NCBI GenBank assembly: GCA_963753035.1
Contig: CAVWAW010000023.1
Coordinates: 14,944 to 78,943 of the forward strand
DNA from: an uncultured Acidobacteriota bacterium
GTDB lineage: Bacteria; Acidobacteriota; Thermoanaerobaculia; Thermoanaerobaculales; Sulfomarinibacteraceae
Reading direction: 5' to 3'
DNA: 64,000 nucleotides
Numbering within the stretch: position 1 is the first letter of the stretch; the number at the start of each line of letters is the position of its first letter. Below, in pieces: positions 59,686-64,000 of this stretch. A model generated the notes under the pieces. The model saw nothing but the letters and a program-made list of their open reading frames with translations. It searched no databases and was not told where the DNA came from. Made by a program: the position numbers and the translations under genes.

Positions 59686-61671
59686 ATGGCTGAACCCTAT
59701 CGCGTTTTCGGCTCCTGCATTTTGCTCAAAGAGGTATTCGAGGACGATCTCGGTCATCTGTTCAGAGCTGGAACCATCGCGGACGAGTCCCTCGATCGCT
59801 CCATTTGGCTGCGGGTTTTCGACGGACCCGGTCTTCCCTCGCAAGCGATCATCGCGTCGTTCGAGGAAGCCCGGTCGATCGCCGAAGCCCTTCACGGATC
59901 CCAGCTTCCCACACACCCGCTCTTCCTTGACGCTGACGGCGTGCCGGGTCTCGCCTGCGACTATGTTCCGGGACAGCCGCTGAACCGCGTTTTGGCGCGC
60001 GCACGGGACGAGGCTTTCCCTCTCCAGCCGGACAACACCCTGTTGATCGTCGAGAAGCTCGCCCTCGCTCTGACCGCGGGAGAATCAATTTCGCTTTCGG
60101 GAAAGCCCCTGGCACACGGTTTTCTGCACCCGGGTCTAATCTATTTGAGCAATGACGGAGAGGCCCTCGTCACCGGCTTCGGTGTCGGCCCGACCCTGCT
60201 AGATGCTTGTAATGATCCCGACGCGGCCGCCGGCGTGCGCGCGTATCTGGCGCCTGAGGCACTCGCGGATCGAATGCCTTCGCAGCAAGCCGATGTTTAT
60301 TCACTTGGCGCGATTCTCTTTCATCTGTTGACCGGCACCGCGTTGCCGGTTAACCCGGCCGAGCGCGCCGCCGCGCTCGAAGCGGCGCACGTGGCCTGGG
60401 ATGGAGAGGGCCTCGAGCAGGACATCAGCGCCATCTTGAACCGCTCCCTTGCGCCGGCGCCCGCCGATCGTTTTGCTTCTTCCGCCGAGTTCCGGACCGA
60501 ACTCGACCGGCTGATCTATGGCGGCGCCTATTCGCCCACCACCTTCAATCTCGCTCTCTTCATGGATCGCCTTTTCAGAGCGGAAATCGAGGAAGACGAA
60601 CTTGCCCTGAAGCACGAGGCGGAGATCGACGTGGGGCCGTATTTCAGGATCAAGGCCGAGGAACCCGCGGTGTCGCTCGAGGCCGATGACGCTGGAGTGG
60701 ATGACCTGACTCTTTCTCCAGAAGCGGTTCCTCCGACCAGGGACGGCGGCGGCAGGAAGCTTCTATGGGGAGTCCTCGGTGGCGCGGTGGTCATCGCCGT
60801 GGCCGTGGGTGTTTTCTGGCTCGGTCGCGGAACCGGACCGCAGCAGCCTCCGCCCGAGCCCACACCGACGGCCGCCGAGATCGCTGCCAGCAGGCAGGCA
60901 CAGGACGATCGGCTCCGGGAACTGACCCAGGCGATGGTCGCGGAGATGATGGCCGAGCGCGAAGAGGAGATCCGACAGGAGCTCATCGCCCGACAGACCA
61001 GGATCGTAGAGCTTCAGCGGCGCCTGCAGCAGAGTGAACGCCGCGCGACCCAAGGCGCGGCGGCGGCCGCGAGTGAGGCCGAGACCCAGAAAAAGCTGAT
61101 GGCCGAGATCGAGGAGCAGGAAAGGGCGCAGCGGGAGCAAGAGGACGCGCTGGAAACCGAGCGTCAGGAAGCGATGAATGAAGCGGCCCAACAGGCTTCT
61201 GCAGAAACCCGCACGATCGGCGGCGGCGCCCTAGCGACGGACCAACCCAAACCGGCAGCCCAGGAGACCAAAACCGCTGAGAACGCGGTGGCCGTCACAA
61301 CGCCCAGTCCCACATCGGTGCCGCCTCGACCGACCGCCGCGCCGGTCCGGCCTCCGGTCGAATACGGAGACTTCGTCAAACCCGAGGATGTGGATACCCG
61401 CCCGGTTGTGGTGAAGACTCAGTCCTTGGTCTGGCCGAGAAATGCCCTACGCTCGAACGGCAAGGGTGTGGTCGTTGTCCAGTTGACGGTCAATCCGAGC
61501 GGCGCGGTCGACGAAGTCGTCGTCATGCGCGCAGACCACACCGGCTGGGGCATTCCGGAAACCGCCGTCGAAGCTGCGTCAGGCTATCGCTACAAACCAG
61601 GCACCAAAGACGGGGTGGCCATCACGACGCACGCGTTCATCACCTGGCGCTACGACTTCACCCAGGAATGA
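59686..61671 (+). CDS. degenerate (pseudo)kinase domain - TM helix - Glu/Gln-rich coiled-coil and Pro-rich linker - TonB C-terminal domain
   Basis: The kinase fold is recognisable (AYLAPEAL, DVYSLGAILFHLLTG), but HRDLKPxN reads HGFLHPGL and DFG reads GFG. TM helix is LLWGVLGGAVVIAVAVGVFWLG. The C-terminus is VVKTQSLVWPRNALRSNGKGVVVVQLTVNPSGAVDEVVVM...GYRYKPGTKDGVAI (TonB_C-like). Confidence 0.8.
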   Translation: MAEPYRVFGSCILLKEVFEDDLGHLFRAGTIADESLDRSIWLRVFDGPGLPSQAIIASFEEARSIAEALHGSQLPTHPLFLDADGVPGLACDYVPGQPLNRVLARARDEAFPLQPDNTLLIVEKLALALTAGESISLSGKPLAHGFLHPGLIYLSNDGEALVTGFGVGPTLLDACNDPDAAAGVRAYLAPEALADRMPSQQADVYSLGAILFHLLTGTALPVNPAERAAALEAAHVAWDGEGLEQDISAILNRSLAPAPADRFASSAEFRTELDRLIYGGAYSPTTFNLALFMDRLFRAEIEEDELALKHEAEIDVGPYFRIKAEEPAVSLEADDAGVDDLTLSPEAVPPTRDGGGRKLLWGVLGGAVVIAVAVGVFWLGRGTGPQQPPPEPTPTAAEIAASRQAQDDRLRELTQAMVAEMMAEREEEIRQELIARQTRIVELQRRLQQSERRATQGAAAAASEAETQKKLMAEIEEQERAQREQEDALETERQEAMNEAAQQASAETRTIGGGALATDQPKPAAQETKTAENAVAVTTPSPTSVPPRPTAAPVRPPVEYGDFVKPEDVDTRPVVVKTQSLVWPRNALRSNGKGVVVVQLTVNPSGAVDEVVVMRADHTGWGIPETAVEAASGYRYKPGTKDGVAITTHAFITWRYDFTQE

Positions 61672-61691
61672 CGAGAGTTCGCGGAGAATGA

Positions 61692-61720
61692 ACGAGGCCG
61701 AGCGCGATGCTCGGCCTCGT
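61692..61720. terminator. 12-bp GC hairpin between convergent genes (candidate bidirectional terminator)
   Basis: ACGAGGCCGAGC-gcgat-GCTCGGCCTCGT. No clear U-tracts. Confidence 0.45.
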
Positions 61721-61796
61721 CAGTCATCACTCACAGCTTACGCGTAGCGCACCCGCCCAGAAATTTCTGACTGGGCGGTACGAGCCGGCTGCGGGT

Positions 61797-62090
61797 CTAC
61801 TTCTCGACGCGTTCGCGAAGAGTCTTGCCGGGCTTGAAGTGAACGTACTTCTTCGCCTTGATGGTGATGGTTGCACCGGTGGCCGGGTTGCGGCCCTGGC
61901 GCTCACCACGGCTCTTGGTGGCAAAGGTCCCAAAGCCGGGAATCGTCACCTTTTCGCCCGCGTCGAGGGCGGAGGCGATGATTCCTTTTCGGGGCTGGGC
62001 CGAGAACATCACATCGACGATATCCGCAGCTTTGCCCTGGCTCAGGCCGGTTTTCTTCGCAAGCTTCAGTGCCATTTCGGTCTTGTTCAT
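61797..62090 (-). CDS. hup: HU family DNA-binding protein
   Basis: MNKTEMALKLAKKTGLSQGKAADIVDVMF...IPGFGTFATKSRGERQGRNPATGATITIKAKKYVHFKPGK. Confidence 0.93.
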   Translation of the reverse strand: MNKTEMALKLAKKTGLSQGKAADIVDVMFSAQPRKGIIASALDAGEKVTIPGFGTFATKSRGERQGRNPATGATITIKAKKYVHFKPGKTLRERVEK

Positions 62091-62223
62091 TCAATCCTCC
62101 GAACGCAAATGTAAACCCATAGTGGATGCGAAAAACGCAACTGTCAAGGGCAAATCGAGGGTATTACACGATCTTGAATCCCTTGCGTTCATTCTCGGAC
62201 CGCGATAGCGTGAGGCTCAGGGG

Positions 62224-62988
62224 GTGAGTATGGATCTCAGACTCGGCGGCAAACGCGCGCTCGTAACCGGTTCATCCAGAGGCATCGGTCGGGCGATTGC
62301 GCTCTCCCTCGCGGACCTCAAAGTCGATGTTGCCATCAACTATCTTCGCGGCCGAGATCGCGCCGAAGCAACCGCGAAAGAGATCGAGGACCGCGGGGTC
62401 CGCTGCCTCCTCGTCAAGGGCAACGTGGCCAATCCGGAACACGTCGAACGGATCTTTAGCACCATCGATTCCGAGTGGGGAGGTCTCGAAATAGTGATTT
62501 CCAACGCCGCATCCGGTGTGTTGAAGTCTGCTAAAGAACTGACAATGCACCACTTCGACTGGGCCATGCACATCAACGCCGCGGCGATGCTGCCGCTGGT
62601 CCAGAACTTCATCAAGCTCGACTCCAAGGGCGAAAAGACCATGGTCGCCGTGTCGTCGCTCGGTGCGGTCCGCGCCATTCCGAACTACACCGCGGTCGGC
62701 GCATCCAAGGCCGCCCTCGAGTCCATGGTGCGCCACCTCGCCGCCGAACTCGCACCAGAAGGGATCCGGATCAACGCCGTGTCGGCGGGAACCGTCGACA
62801 CCGATGCACTGCTCCATTTTCCCAACCGTGAAGAACTGCTCGAGGCCGCCCGCAGGAGAACACCGGCCGGGCGTCTACTGAGTCCTCAGGATGTCGCCAA
62901 CACGGTGATTTATCTCTGCACGGACTATTCATCGATGATCCACGGTCAGACCCTCATCGTCGACGGAGGCTACTCGATCCTGGCATAA
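62224..62988 (+). CDS. fabL: enoyl-[acyl-carrier-protein] reductase, FabL-type SDR
   Basis: ALVTGSSRGIGRA...NNAASGVL...SSLGAVRAIPNYTAVGASKAALE...DTDALLHFPNREELLEAARRRTPAGR. Colinear with Bacillus FabL as I recall it. Confidence 0.8.
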   Translation: MSMDLRLGGKRALVTGSSRGIGRAIALSLADLKVDVAINYLRGRDRAEATAKEIEDRGVRCLLVKGNVANPEHVERIFSTIDSEWGGLEIVISNAASGVLKSAKELTMHHFDWAMHINAAAMLPLVQNFIKLDSKGEKTMVAVSSLGAVRAIPNYTAVGASKAALESMVRHLAAELAPEGIRINAVSAGTVDTDALLHFPNREELLEAARRRTPAGRLLSPQDVANTVIYLCTDYSSMIHGQTLIVDGGYSILA

Positions 62989-63129
62989 GTGACCCGGGTC
63001 ACACCGGGATCGCGCCGATCGGAGCCATTTAAATGGCTCGTGGTGCTACGAAAACCTCCGCCCCCGAGATCGCAGCCGTTTCCAGCTACGCGGAATCTTG
63101 GCGCCTCCCGGGCGTGTCCGGGCTGCGTC

Positions 63130-63280
63130 CGTAGCAACGGCAGGGGCAGCGGCAGCGTCCGTGACTGTGGCAGTGGCGGTGGCAGTGGCAGTGGCAGTGG
63201 CAGTGGCCGTGACCGTTACCGTATCCCTGGCCGCGACAGTTACCGTATCCGTAGCTGCGGTCGCGTTCCGGCACGTCACG
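63130..63280. repeat. hexamer microsatellite block, (GGCAGT)n core at about 63168-63212
   Basis: TGGCAGTGGCGGTGGCAGTGGCAGTGGCAGTGGCAGTGGCCGTGACCGTTACCGTATCC...GTTACCGTATCCGTAGC. Lies between the convergent fabL and uvrA genes. Related to the 50213-50416 block. Confidence 0.8.
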
Positions 63281-63461
63281 GACGACAGCCAGGATGGCTA
63301 TCGCTACACCACACAGAACGGCCGCTGTGTAGCGACAGGCTTCCAGCCTGTCGGGGACACCTTCCGGGCGAGAAACCGCCGACACGAAGTCCGACACCAT
63401 TCAGGCTACGCCCGGCCCACTCTCAATCGCGATGTCTTCGCGTTCTTTGCGTCTTAGCGGT

Positions 63462-64000
63462 TCAACCCTGCGATGGACTCAACAACGGCTTCAAATATCG
63501 ACCGGTGTGCGACGCCTTGCAGGCGGCGACCATTTCCGGGGTTCCCTCGACGAGGACCTCACCGCCGCCGTCGCCACCCTCGGGGCCGAGATCGACGATC
63601 CAATCGGCGGTCTTGATGACATCGAGGTTGTGCTCGATGACGATGATCGTGTTACCCCGATCGACCAGGGCGTGGAGCACTGCGAGGAGCTTCCGCACGT
63701 CATCGAAATGGAGACCGGTGGTCGGTTCGTCGAGTAGATAGAGGGTTTTGCCCGTGGCGCGCTTGGCCAGTTCCCGAGAGAGCTTGATCCGCTGCGCCTC
63801 ACCACCCGACAGAGTCGTCGCCGGTTGGCCGAGGTGGAGATAGTCGAGACCGACGGACACCAGGGTGTCGAGCACCCGGACGATCTTGGGCACCGAGGCG
63901 AAGAGTTCCTGCGCCTGGCGGACCGTGAGATCGAGGACCTGGGCGATGTCGAGTCCCTTGTAGTGAACCTCAAGGGTTTCCCGGTTGTAGCGCCGCCCCC
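63462..64000 (-). CDS. uvrA: excinuclease ABC subunit UvrA, C-terminal part; 5' end beyond the window
   Basis: [91 protein letters not shown]. The frame stays open to position 64000. Confidence 0.93.
   Translation of the reverse strand, partial: GRRYNRETLEVHYKGLDIAQVLDLTVRQAQELFASVPKIVRVLDTLVSVGLDYLHLGQPATTLSGGEAQRIKLSRELAKRATGKTLYLLDEPTTGLHFDDVRKLLAVLHALVDRGNTIIVIEHNLDVIKTADWIVDLGPEGGDGGGEVLVEGTPEMVAACKASHTGRYLKPLLSPSQG

Overview
High-GC bacterial chromosome segment, with G+C judged by eye rather than computed. It comes from a diderm organism, since waaA, lptD, an LptM-like lipoprotein and a TonB-type domain are present. The gene content (MglA/MglB, a TolB-propeller Ser/Thr kinase, DUF1573, Asp-box propeller proteins) fits Acidobacteriota- or Myxococcota-like lineages, but that is a low-confidence guess.

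The window is mostly housekeeping genes:
- Envelope and cell wall: waaA, lepB, mpl, dapF, pgpA, glmS, glmU, lptD, mltG.
- Translation and tRNA: prmC-prfA-rpmE, tsaD, glnS, gltX, and four tRNAs (Glu-CUC, Leu-GAG, Ser-GCU, Ser-UGA).
- Central and other metabolism: arcC, citF plus a citD-citE fusion, an IDH-family gene, pyrF, tal, gap-pgk-tpiA-secG, fabL.
- DNA, protease and polarity functions: uvrD/pcrA, dnaX-recR, ruvX, hup, uvrA, hslVU, mglAB.

I found no CRISPR array, transposase, integrase, prophage or recognisable defence system.

Five things stand out:
1. Almost every long intergenic spacer is filled with families of long-hairpin repeats. One is a mosaic multi-hairpin unit present in seven copies. 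Its stems differ between copies but stay base-paired, and one of its loops is nearly invariant.
2. A transmembrane protein fuses a degenerate Ser/Thr kinase domain to a TonB C-terminal domain.
3. A roughly 200-aa uncharacterised module occurs three times in two secreted proteins.
4. A lipoprotein with an LptM-like N-terminus fused to FN3-like domains sits in the conserved position upstream of dapF.
5. There are seven single-base frame disruptions, four of them in uvrD. Others hit essential gltX, the signal peptide of a 1.4-kaa protein and the dapF-proximal lipoprotein. This means either assembly indels or real decay.

All repeat coordinates were read by eye and may be off by about 10 nt.
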